Assembly (NCBI GenBank): GCA_001775095.1
Contig: MFCA01000025.1
Location: 181,232-245,231 of the forward strand
Direction: 5' to 3'
Length of the DNA stretch: 64,000 nt
From: Candidatus Curtissbacteria bacterium RIFOXYA1_FULL_41_14
GTDB lineage: Bacteria > Patescibacteriota > Microgenomatia > Curtissbacterales > GWA2-41-24
Part shown: piece after piece, positions 8,950-17,603 of the stretch
Numbering within the stretch: the stretch's first letter is position 1
Layout: each line of letters begins with the position of its first letter
Notes under the pieces: generated by a model
Databases searched by the model: none
The model's input: the letters and a program-made list of their open reading frames with translations, nothing else
Told to the model about the DNA's origin: nothing
Translations under genes and position numbers: made by a program

Positions 8950-10011
8950 TTACCAGGAAGGCAAATATTGCTTTAGATTGTCTTTGGATAAAACTAATCT
9001 TTCGATTTTACCTTCCACTTTTAATTTAGCGATTTTGCGACAAATTCCATTGATCGTCCTGTCCAATGTTCTCATACCTGCATCAAAACCTAAAGGTCTG
9101 ACGATTTCCGGCCAAACTCCTTCTTGAAATTCCAGGTCTTGCTTTGATAAACCTGAAGCAACTATTGCCCTGGGTAGAAGATAGCTTTTGCCGATAATTG
9201 TTTTCTGTTCATCGCTGTAGGAAGGTAACTCAATAAGCTCCAGTCTATCTAAAACTGCTGTGGCGATACCTGCAGTATTATTGGCAGTAGCAATAAACAA
9301 TACTTCACTTAGGTCAAACGGGTAATCTATAAAATGATCAAGGAATTTGCTATTTTGCTCGGGGTCTAAAAGTTCAACCAACACTCCCATAATATCTCCC
9401 TTAGCTTCGTTGGTAATTCTGTCGATCTCGTCAAGAAGAATTACAGGGTTTTTGGTACCAATTCTTCTTAAAACTTTCATGATCTGGCCCGGCTCAGCGT
9501 CGGAGAATGCACGGGATCTTCCTCGAAGTTGCAGTGCCTCCCCCATTCCGCCCATCGGAATTCTTCCAAATTGGCGGCCAAGTGCCTGGGCAATTGAAAA
9601 GGCCATTGTTGTTTTGCCTGTGCCGACCAATCCAACCAAAAGTAAGGCCGGCGCTTTAGTAGAGTGCGGATTTGGATCTTGTTGATTTTGTTTCAAATTA
9701 ACAACAGAAATGTATTCTAAAATTCGTTCTTTGATGTTTTCTAAGCCGTAATGATTAGTGTCTAACACTTTCTTAGCGTGATCAAGGGAAAGAATATCCT
9801 GACTTCGTTTCTCCCAAGGAAGCGCAATAATCCAGTCCAAATATCTGGCGACTTGATCATATTCTTGGGAATAACCTTGAGACGCCGCAAATTTAACTAA
9901 TCTTTCAATTAGTGACTTAGCTCTTTGGTGGAGGTCGGGCGGAATTTTGGCAACATTAAGCTTTGACTCGAGAATCTTAATATCTTCCAGCAAGGCAGGC
10001 GAGGAATTCAC
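8950..10011 (-). CDS. Lon-family AAA+ ATPase domain protein lacking the Lon protease domain
   Basis: Collinear with the Lon ATPase region: YLDWIIALPWEKRS...LDTNHYGLENIKERILEY..LLLVGLVGTGKTT (Walker A)...ILLDEIDR (Walker B)...ELLDPEQNSKFLDHF...IATANN...LDRLELIELPSYSDEQK. The protein ends after the alpha-helical subdomain, with no Ser-Lys protease domain. The start overlaps the upstream ORF by 4 nt (ATGA). Confidence 0.7.
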   Translation of the reverse strand: MNSSPALLEDIKILESKLNVAKIPPDLHQRAKSLIERLVKFAASQGYSQEYDQVARYLDWIIALPWEKRSQDILSLDHAKKVLDTNHYGLENIKERILEYISVVNLKQNQQDPNPHSTKAPALLLVGLVGTGKTTMAFSIAQALGRQFGRIPMGGMGEALQLRGRSRAFSDAEPGQIMKVLRRIGTKNPVILLDEIDRITNEAKGDIMGVLVELLDPEQNSKFLDHFIDYPFDLSEVLFIATANNTAGIATAVLDRLELIELPSYSDEQKTIIGKSYLLPRAIVASGLSKQDLEFQEGVWPEIVRPLGFDAGMRTLDRTINGICRKIAKLKVEGKIERLVLSKDNLKQYLPSW

Positions 10012-11000
10012 TTTAGGTTAATTAAACCAGAAAACTCACTACTTCTCAAAATAAAGTCAAGTTCTCTAACTTGGTTAATTGATCTTGAATAATTATTGCT
10101 CCCTGAAAGAATAAAGTTTGTAAACACATCGCCGGTATTTTGGTCGTTATTTTTAAAAAGGATTATTAAAGATGCGAGAGGGGTATCTTTAGGCGGAAAA
10201 TCAAGTGAGGGCGTCTGAGATTTAAGGGTATTGATTAACTCCTGGGCAGCTTCATATGATGAAGTAAAATATATCAAATCCCCCTCTTGAAAAAATACAC
10301 AAGTTAAATCTTCTCCGTTTAAGCTCTGGGGTAATTTAAACAAATACAATTTAATGTTATCTGTTAATTCTTCTTTGTAGGCAGACTCGTCAGATTGAGG
10401 ATCATTGATATCTTTTAAAGCCAAAAAATCTATATTGGGATTTTTAAAAATAAGTGTAAAGTCGGAATTTGGACCGAATACTACAAGATATTGACCTTGG
10501 TCAGAGGCCAGATTCTTTGAAAGCCAAGCGGAAAATTCTTGGGATAAAATTAATCTTGATTTGATAAAAGCTATGAGATTGCCGCTAAAAACCGCCAAGT
10601 TGGTTGAGGTTGGAATTTTAATACTTTTGGCCTCTTGATCTTGTAGAAAAGACGTATTTACTTTACCTTTAAAGGCGATTTTTCCAGGCAAGATATTTAG
10701 ATTTGCTTTAACTGGCGTTGCGAACGTTAGTTTCGCACTGGAAGTGGCATCCAGTTCAAACTCAACTCCCTTGGCAACACTTTGGGGTAATCCTAATTTT
10801 TCTAGAACTTTCAGAAATTCACTTTGGTCATTGTTAGTAATATCGAAATTCAACTTAAATTCATTCTCGTTGGCGATTAGTGTTACCTGACTTGTATTTT
10901 TATTTTGGATAATAACCAGGACAGCTATGAAGATTAAAAAGAGTAAAGTCAGAGAGAGGGACAAAAATCTCCCAACGGGCGGGTGAAGATTTTTCTTCAT
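10008..11000 (-). CDS. Hypothetical membrane-anchored protein (N-terminal TM), translationally coupled to the Lon-ATPase-like ORF
   Basis: N-terminal signal anchor LSLSLTLLFLIFIAVLVII and a 300-aa extracytoplasmic region without recognised motifs. Its stop overlaps the start of 8950..10011. Confidence 0.45.
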   Translation of the reverse strand: MKKNLHPPVGRFLSLSLTLLFLIFIAVLVIIQNKNTSQVTLIANENEFKLNFDITNNDQSEFLKVLEKLGLPQSVAKGVEFELDATSSAKLTFATPVKANLNILPGKIAFKGKVNTSFLQDQEAKSIKIPTSTNLAVFSGNLIAFIKSRLILSQEFSAWLSKNLASDQGQYLVVFGPNSDFTLIFKNPNIDFLALKDINDPQSDESAYKEELTDNIKLYLFKLPQSLNGEDLTCVFFQEGDLIYFTSSYEAAQELINTLKSQTPSLDFPPKDTPLASLIILFKNNDQNTGDVFTNFILSGSNNYSRSINQVRELDFILRSSEFSGLINLK

Positions 11001-11002
11001 GA

Positions 11003-13270
11003 TTAATATCTTTTAGGGGGTCGTCTTCGGTCAAACCCTCTTGGGCGATTTCGATCAAACTTTCTGGGGCTAAAATTTCTTCTTCCACCACTAAAATCTT
11101 GTGGCTGTGAGTCCGCGGCATCTTTACCGAATCTGGCTGACAAATTGACTCTCCCTTGATCGTCTACTTCGACAACTCTGACTTTAAGCTCCTGTCCAAT
11201 CTGAACCACATCTTCAACTTTGTTAACCCTGTAGGGGGCAAGTTGCGAAATATTAACCAAACCTTCTTTCCCCGGAAGGATTTCAACCATCGCTCCAAAT
11301 GGAAGAATTCTGGTCACCTTGCCTTGATATTCCTCTCCGGGTTTAGCTTCTTTAACGATTCCCTCAACCCATTCTGCCGCTTTTTTACAAGCTTGAGGGT
11401 CTTTACCGCTTATTGTCACTGTTCCTTCATCGTTGATGTCGATTGCACTACCGGTAGCGGCAATAATCTTGTTTATTGTTCTTCCTCCCGAACCGATCAC
11501 CTCGCCGATTTTTGCTGGATCGATTTTAACTAAAATAACAGTAGGTGCAAATTTAGAGATTTTTTCTCTAGATATTGGAATAGCCTTGAGAATTTTTTCT
11601 AGAATGGAAAGTCGGGCAATTTTTGCTTTTTCAACTGCTTCCTTAACGATCTTAATAGGAATACCATCTAGTTTGATATCCATCTGGATTGCAGTTATTC
11701 CCTTAGATGTGCCGGCTATCTTAAAATCCATATCTCCCTGAGCATCTTCCTGATAAGCAATATCGGTTAAAAGAACATATTTTGAGGGATTTTTCTTATC
11801 TGTTACCAAACCAATTGAAATTCCGGCTACTGGTTCTTTAATCGGGACTCCGGCATCCATTAATGCCAACGTTGACCCACAACTTGCCGCCATAGAAGTT
11901 GATCCGGCTGAAGATAAAACTTCTGAAACGACTCTTATAGTGTAAGGGAATACATCTGTGGAAGGTAATACCGGTACAAGTGCTTTTTCGGCCAGTGCGC
12001 CATGTCCAATTTCCCTTCTTCCAGGCGGGCCCAATCTTCGAACTTCGCCTGCCGAAAAGGGAGGAAAGTTGTAGTGATGCATATACTTTTTGGTATTTTC
12101 TCCTTCCATATGTTCTATCAGTTGTTCCAGAGCCGGCGACCCTAAGGTTACGATTGAGAGCACTTGAGTTTCGCCTCTTTGGAAAAGGCCTGAACCATGA
12201 GTTCTTGGTAGAAGACTAACCTTGGCAGTAATTGGACGAATTTCATCAGGGGTGCGGCCATCAGTTCGCTTTTGACCCGCAAGAATTTTTTCCCTCAAGA
12301 AATCGGCAACAACCTCCTCTAAAGCACGGGCGAGCTGTTTTGAAGTAATTTCACTACTGTCATCTTTGACAAATTCCTCCTCAAGAAGTTTTAGTGACTC
12401 GTCAAACCATTTTTCATCTTGTGAAATGCCTGGTTTTTCCAGGTCTTTGATAATTTCTCTCTCAATAAAGTCTTTTACTTGCTTCTGGACAGTGACTTCG
12501 AGTTTATCCGGCTTATATTGTTGTTTTTCAACACCTGCTTCCTTGGTAAAATCGACTATAAGATCACTTACCTGTTTGTTTTTTTCAAGACCAAATTCAA
12601 TTGCACCCACGATTGACTTTTCATCTGTCTGATTGGCTCCAGCTTCAATCATGACGACTTCGTTTTCAGAAGACACCAGAACTAAATCAAGATTGGAAAA
12701 CTCTTCTTCACTTTCCGTTGGGTTTATGAAATAACCGCCGTTCTGTTGACCAACTCTGCATCCTGCTATTGGACCATTCCAAGGGATATCCGAAATAGAA
12801 AGAGCGGCTGAAGTCGCTATCAGTGCAAGAATATCCGGATCGTTCTCCTGATCAACAGAAAGAACAGTAATGATAACCTGAACCTCTGCCTGATAGTCTT
12901 TAGGAAAAAGTGGTCTTATGGAACGATCGATTAGCCTGGAAGTTAAAACGGCTTTTTCCGTGGGACGACCTTCACGTTTGATGAATCTGGAGGTTGAAAT
13001 TTTTCCCCCGGCATAAAGCTTTTCTTCATAATCTACGGCGAGAGGAAAAAAGTCTACGTCTGGTGAGGCTGGTTGAGAAACAACGGTTGCCAGTACTACA
13101 GTTTCCCCGTAGGTTGCCAGGATTGCCCCGTTTGCGTGAAGTGCTAGCTCTCCTGTTTCAAGAGTTAGCTTTCTACCTGCAAGTTCAATTTCTTTGTGAA
13201 CAACTTTTTGCATCGAATATAGTAATTTATGGAGAATTTGGAGCGTTAGAAATCGGGTATTAAGAGCCAA
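11003..13270 (-). CDS. pnp: Polyribonucleotide nucleotidyltransferase (PNPase) with an R/G-rich C-terminal tail
   Basis: Two RNase PH domains, then KH and S1 domains (...GKVTRILPFGAMVEILPGKEGLV...), then an RRNFSPRKFDRNRPRGFDRRRPPKRY tail. Lies directly downstream of rpsO as in the canonical operon. Confidence 0.95.
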   Translation of the reverse strand: MALNTRFLTLQILHKLLYSMQKVVHKEIELAGRKLTLETGELALHANGAILATYGETVVLATVVSQPASPDVDFFPLAVDYEEKLYAGGKISTSRFIKREGRPTEKAVLTSRLIDRSIRPLFPKDYQAEVQVIITVLSVDQENDPDILALIATSAALSISDIPWNGPIAGCRVGQQNGGYFINPTESEEEFSNLDLVLVSSENEVVMIEAGANQTDEKSIVGAIEFGLEKNKQVSDLIVDFTKEAGVEKQQYKPDKLEVTVQKQVKDFIEREIIKDLEKPGISQDEKWFDESLKLLEEEFVKDDSSEITSKQLARALEEVVADFLREKILAGQKRTDGRTPDEIRPITAKVSLLPRTHGSGLFQRGETQVLSIVTLGSPALEQLIEHMEGENTKKYMHHYNFPPFSAGEVRRLGPPGRREIGHGALAEKALVPVLPSTDVFPYTIRVVSEVLSSAGSTSMAASCGSTLALMDAGVPIKEPVAGISIGLVTDKKNPSKYVLLTDIAYQEDAQGDMDFKIAGTSKGITAIQMDIKLDGIPIKIVKEAVEKAKIARLSILEKILKAIPISREKISKFAPTVILVKIDPAKIGEVIGSGGRTINKIIAATGSAIDINDEGTVTISGKDPQACKKAAEWVEGIVKEAKPGEEYQGKVTRILPFGAMVEILPGKEGLVNISQLAPYRVNKVEDVVQIGQELKVRVVEVDDQGRVNLSARFGKDAADSQPQDFSGGRRNFSPRKFDRNRPRGFDRRRPPKRY

Positions 13271-13372
13271 AACCTTGATTCTTACTACTCAACTTCCAAC
13301 AGCCCAATTCCCTTTCTTTGCTTATAAAACCTGTATTATTATACGTTAAATTAAGATAGATAGCAAGTTAGT

Positions 13373-13642
13373 TTACTTGGGTAGTCCTAATTTACCAATA
13401 ATATCTTTATACCTTTCTGGGGCTTTTCTGGTCAGATAATGAAGGAGTCTGCGTCTTTTGTTAATCATCGATAATAGACCCCTTCGAGAATGATCGTCAT
13501 GGCCATGAGATTTTAGATGGGCACCAACATTTTGAATCCGCTGAGAAAGCAGGGCTACTTGAACTTCCGGTGAGCCGGTATCACCCTCGTGGGTTTTAAA
13601 TTTGTCAATTACTTGCTTTTTATTCTCGGCAGTTTTAGCCAT
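13373..13642 (-). CDS. rpsO: 30S ribosomal protein S15
   Basis: 89 aa with [53 protein letters not shown], the S15 signature. Confidence 0.95.
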   Translation of the reverse strand: MAKTAENKKQVIDKFKTHEGDTGSPEVQVALLSQRIQNVGAHLKSHGHDDHSRRGLLSMINKRRRLLHYLTRKAPERYKDIIGKLGLPK

Positions 13643-13669
13643 ATAAGTAACTTAGGATGATACTATAAA

Positions 13670-14599
13670 TTAATTCTCTCTGTCAAAGGATTTTGACCCT
13701 TTATAAATTCTCGGTGGTTTCAGCCAATTCCGTGAGACAGCTGCATTTTTATATTCTTGTTTACTTTCAATTTCTTGTATCTTGGGAGTTCTATCCAAAA
13801 TATCAGGTTCAGTAACAGTTGAGGGTTGATAAGTTGGTTCTTGAGTATTTGACATTCTGGCAAAGCTTGACCTTGATACTCCAAATTTTAATAACCAGGC
13901 GGCTATTTCAAGTGCCTGTGAATTAATCCTTCCGGGAGAAAAATTCTGGGTCCCTTCAGATATCCCCGTATAAAGGTTGTAGGCTATGTCCTCGTTTACC
14001 GGTAATGCCAAATCCTGGATCATTTTGGCAGTTAATTCGCTAATTGTTGCAGCTTGGGGATCGTTTATATTAACCTGAGCAAATTTTTGATTCAATGTGC
14101 CTTTGCAAATATTTATAATGAAAGCTTCTGAACTAATATTTTGTTCGTGAGTAATTTGACTGCGCAAATCTTCTTGGGAGTCAAAGCCAATAGAAAAAAT
14201 CAAGTCTGCTTGTGTTATTGTCTCCTTTAATCTAATTTGATCTTTGCTTATTCCTCTTGATCCGGGAATTGGATGAATAAGTATTTTCAGTTGATTTCCT
14301 TCTAAAAAATAAGTTACCTTATCAACATTTTCTACCGCATCGTCAATTAAAACAGTTAAGCCACTTTTTCCTTGGGTCTTACCAATTTTATCTACCCCAT
14401 AAATCTTTTGAGCATCGGCAACTGAAGGAATACGAGAAAATATTGAAACATTTTTACCAAGTTTGACTAGAGAAAGATATAACGCAAGACCCGAAGCAAG
14501 TCCGTCCAGTTGTGAAGAATCGGAAACAACAATAGACACAGAGCCTGCTTTAGTAATTTTTTCCAATGCCTTTTCGTTCGAATTTTGATCCATTGCCAT
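13670..14599 (-). CDS. DHH/DHHA1-family phosphoesterase-like protein (NrnA-like); catalytic motifs appear degenerate
   Basis: Size, position in the nusA-infB-rpsO-pnp string and an N-terminal ...SVSIVVSDSSQLDGLASGLALYLSLVKLGKNV pattern resemble NrnA/DHH proteins. No clean DHH or GGGH motif is seen. Confidence 0.45.
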   Translation of the reverse strand: MAMDQNSNEKALEKITKAGSVSIVVSDSSQLDGLASGLALYLSLVKLGKNVSIFSRIPSVADAQKIYGVDKIGKTQGKSGLTVLIDDAVENVDKVTYFLEGNQLKILIHPIPGSRGISKDQIRLKETITQADLIFSIGFDSQEDLRSQITHEQNISSEAFIINICKGTLNQKFAQVNINDPQAATISELTAKMIQDLALPVNEDIAYNLYTGISEGTQNFSPGRINSQALEIAAWLLKFGVSRSSFARMSNTQEPTYQPSTVTEPDILDRTPKIQEIESKQEYKNAAVSRNWLKPPRIYKGSKSFDREN

Positions 14600-14658
14600 T
14601 TGCTCCTGAGTACTATTCTTATGCAGCTAATGCTTCAATTTAGCGTGTAAGTACATTT

Positions 14659-16092
14659 TTAACCCAAAGATTCTATTATATCTCCTTCTTTAAAGTCAAG
14701 AGCTGGATCTATTCCTAGCCCACAGTCCTGACCATTAGATACAGATTCAATGTTTTTCTTGAATCGTTTAAGAGAAATTATTTTTGTTTCCATAGAGGAA
14801 CCATCGGCTCTTTTGACTACAATGTTATCGCCATTTTTTAATTTGCCATGGGTAACCATAACACCGGCGATTTTTTTCCCTTCGATATCAAAACTGGCGA
14901 CTATTTTTGCCCGGCCAGTGATTTTTAATTCCTGTTTAGCTTTTTCAAAACCAACAACAACATCTTCTATGTCAGATAAAAGATCATAGATGACGTTATA
15001 TTTTTTTATAATAACTCCCTCTTTGTCTGCCTGAGAATTCGCTGCTTTATCGACCCGGACATTGAAAGCAAGTATTGGGGCTTGAGCGACTTTAGCAGTT
15101 GTGATATCAGCTTGGGTAACTTCTCCAACCCCGGCGGAAACTACCAGTAAATTCTCAGGTAAATTGGTAAGTATAGCCTCGAGTGAGCCAGTTACATCAG
15201 CTTTAATAATAACCTTGAACTTGGCCCGTGATTCTTCTGCTTTGGCAATAATGTCAGCAAACGAGGCAGATTTTTGGCTTTCGTGAGTTTTCGTTATAGT
15301 TAAATCATGAACAATACTTCCCACCTCTAAAACTTTTTTGAACCCCAATACCTCAACTGGTTTCCCTGGTTCAGCTTGCGGAATGTTTTTACCCCTATCG
15401 TCAATCAGTGCTTTTACAGTAATTGTCTCATTGTCTTTTTTAATCTTTTGTCCTAATTTGAGAGTGCCTTCTTTAATAATGACGGTGTTCACAGAACCTC
15501 GATTTTTGTCCAAAAAGGATTCAACGACAACTGCCTCAAGCGGGGCATCCGGAAGTGATTGTTGAGGTGATAACTGCCACAGAAGAAGGATCATTTCTAA
15601 TAAATCTTCAATACCTTTGCCTTTTGGAGCCGATACTTCAACAGTTGGAACTTTCCCGCCAAAACTCTCCACGATAATTCCCTCTCTTTCCAGTTCTTTC
15701 TTGACCTTTTCGAGGTTAATATTGGGAAGATCAGTTTTAGTAAATGCGACAATTGCCGGCTTATTAGCATTTTGGGCATGTTTGATGGCTTCAACCGTCT
15801 GAGGTTTAACTCCTTCAGTCGCAGCAACAACCAAAATAACAATATCAGCAACTTCAGCGCCGCGGGAACGCATTTTTTCAAATGCAGCGTGACCCGGGGT
15901 ATCAACAAACGTGATTGGTTTATCCTGAAAAGTTATTTGGTAGGCACCAATATGTTGAGTGATTCCGCCATGTTCGCGTCCTACAATATTGGTCTTGCGG
16001 ATCGCGTCAAGAAGAGTTGTTTTCCCATGATCAACATGACCCATTAAGGTCACAATTGGCGGTCGAAAATTGTCTTTTTCCTGCTTTTCCAT
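14659..16092 (-). CDS. infB: Translation initiation factor IF-2 (G domain to C-terminus; no long N-terminal region)
   Basis: PIVTLMGHVDHGKTTLLDAIRKTNIV...DTPGHAAF...NKPAIVAFTKTD, with the IF-2 C-terminal beta-barrels. Confidence 0.9.
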   Translation of the reverse strand: MEKQEKDNFRPPIVTLMGHVDHGKTTLLDAIRKTNIVGREHGGITQHIGAYQITFQDKPITFVDTPGHAAFEKMRSRGAEVADIVILVVAATEGVKPQTVEAIKHAQNANKPAIVAFTKTDLPNINLEKVKKELEREGIIVESFGGKVPTVEVSAPKGKGIEDLLEMILLLWQLSPQQSLPDAPLEAVVVESFLDKNRGSVNTVIIKEGTLKLGQKIKKDNETITVKALIDDRGKNIPQAEPGKPVEVLGFKKVLEVGSIVHDLTITKTHESQKSASFADIIAKAEESRAKFKVIIKADVTGSLEAILTNLPENLLVVSAGVGEVTQADITTAKVAQAPILAFNVRVDKAANSQADKEGVIIKKYNVIYDLLSDIEDVVVGFEKAKQELKITGRAKIVASFDIEGKKIAGVMVTHGKLKNGDNIVVKRADGSSMETKIISLKRFKKNIESVSNGQDCGLGIDPALDFKEGDIIESLG

Positions 16093-16126
16093 AATTTAAA
16101 ATGTCCTGTGGCAAAAAGGCTTTCAT

Positions 16127-17458
16127 TTAAGTAGTCTTGTCACCACTGGCATTTCCGTCTGCCGGCGGATTTGCGTTTTCATCTTGGTTTACAACCGCTG
16201 ATTCATCAGTGTCTTCAGTCTTGTTTTCAGTGTCCTGGGTGTTTGCAGCTTTCGATATACTCGATACTTTTGGTAACTTTGGCTCTTCTGGCTCTTTTGT
16301 CACTTTTGTACCCTTTATACCTTTGTCTTTCTGATTCGTTGACTGTACTTGATCATCGGTTACAACAGGTGCTTGCCGACCGCCTTTACCGCTTGATTTT
16401 TCTATCGCTCCCTTCTCCTTTACCTTTGGTACTTTTAGTCCCTTTTCAACTACTCCTAAGGCTTTCTTTGCTTTAGCTTGAGCTTCCTTTTCTTTAGCTT
16501 CTACTTCTTTTGGCAGACCGCTTTTACCACGAATATCAATTCTATAACCGGTGAGTCGTGCAGCAAGTCTAACGTTTTGACCCTCTTTGCCAATAGCCAG
16601 AGATAACTGATCGTCAGGTGAAATAACTTCGGCAGTTTTTTCTTTTTCATTGATATTCACCTGTAAATCCTTTGCTGGTGAAAGAGCCGCTTTAATAAAT
16701 TCGACCGGGTCATCCTGGTAGGCAATCACATCTATTTTTTCATCCCCGAGTTCATTTATTACTGCTTGAACCCTAACTCCTTTTTGACCAACACAAGACC
16801 CTACAGGATCCACACCTAATTGATTAGAGGCAACTGCTATTTTAGAACGCGATCCTGCCTCTCTTGCGATCACCTTGATTTGAACGGATCCCTGAGCAAT
16901 TTCCGGAACTTCTTGCTTGAAGAGACCTTCCACCAAACCATTTACAGCTCTTGAAACAATAATTTCTTCGCCTCTTGCGCCTTCCTTAATCCCAACAACA
17001 TAGAACTTTAAGCGCTGGTTTATGTGGTAGTTTTCGCCGTGAGATTGCTCTGCCGGTGGCATAATTCCTTCGGCCTTTCCTAAATTAACGGTGATCACCG
17101 GCCCAGATATTCGCTGAATCATGCCTGAAATAACGGTATCAATTTTGGAAGAATACTCCTGCAAAATTGCATTTTTTTCGGCTTCTCGAATACGCTGCAG
17201 AATTACCTGCTTGGCGGTCTGAGCAGCAATTCGGCCAAAGCCAGGTGGGGTGATATTTTTCTTGCCTTTGGCAAGTTTTACTTCTCCGGAATTAGCGTCA
17301 AGATCGACAACAATATCATCGGGTTCACCGTAATCTTTACGGTAAGCAGCTAGAATTGCTTGCTTAATTGATTCCAGAACAACTTCCGGCTCAATCCCGC
17401 GTTCAGAACATACTTGATTCAGGGCAGATGCAAATTCGGTTCTTGCTTGTATAGCCAT
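16127..17458 (-). CDS. nusA: Transcription termination/antitermination factor NusA with a K/E-rich C-terminal tail
   Basis: NusA N-terminal, S1 and tandem KH domains (...VNLGKAEGIMPPAEQSHGENYHINQRLKFYVV...), then a low-complexity tail. Confidence 0.9.
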   Translation of the reverse strand: MAIQARTEFASALNQVCSERGIEPEVVLESIKQAILAAYRKDYGEPDDIVVDLDANSGEVKLAKGKKNITPPGFGRIAAQTAKQVILQRIREAEKNAILQEYSSKIDTVISGMIQRISGPVITVNLGKAEGIMPPAEQSHGENYHINQRLKFYVVGIKEGARGEEIIVSRAVNGLVEGLFKQEVPEIAQGSVQIKVIAREAGSRSKIAVASNQLGVDPVGSCVGQKGVRVQAVINELGDEKIDVIAYQDDPVEFIKAALSPAKDLQVNINEKEKTAEVISPDDQLSLAIGKEGQNVRLAARLTGYRIDIRGKSGLPKEVEAKEKEAQAKAKKALGVVEKGLKVPKVKEKGAIEKSSGKGGRQAPVVTDDQVQSTNQKDKGIKGTKVTKEPEEPKLPKVSSISKAANTQDTENKTEDTDESAVVNQDENANPPADGNASGDKTT

Positions 17459-17492
17459 TTTTTAGGTTTATTTTTCTTAAGAATTTATTATT

Positions 17493-17517
17493 AAAAAAGG
17501 TGGACTTTCGGCCCACC
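17493..17517 (-). terminator. Intrinsic-terminator-like hairpin plus U-tract in the nusA leader (candidate attenuator)
   Basis: Minus-strand RNA would read GGUGGGC-CGAAA-GUCCACC-UUUUUU: a 7-bp stem with one G-U pair, a 5-nt loop and a 6-U tract, ending 35 nt before the nusA ATG. No minus-strand gene lies upstream to be terminated. Confidence 0.45.
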
Positions 17518-17544
17518 TAGGTCGCTTACCTAAAATGCACTGGA

Positions 17545-17573
17545 ATTTTAGCAAAATGCCTAAGAATAGTCAA
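17545..17573 (-). promoter_or_regulatory. Candidate sigma70-like promoter of the nusA operon (TTGACT-N17-TAAAAT on the minus strand)
   Basis: Minus strand reads TTGACTattcttaggcattttgcTAAAAT, with the -35 at 17568-17573 and the -10 at 17545-17550 (plus coordinates). Sits immediately upstream of the leader hairpin. Confidence 0.4.
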
Positions 17574-17603
17574 TCAAGCTAAGAGCTATAATTAGATTTT
17601 AAG

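Noticed and set aside
17459-17603. Looked for tRNA or rimP upstream of nusA, and for tRNAs in all intergenic regions larger than 70 bp
   Set aside because: No cloverleaf-compatible GTTCRA T-loop or acceptor pairing was seen in any region. No rimP-sized ORF is present. These regions contain promoter, hairpin and repeat sequences instead.
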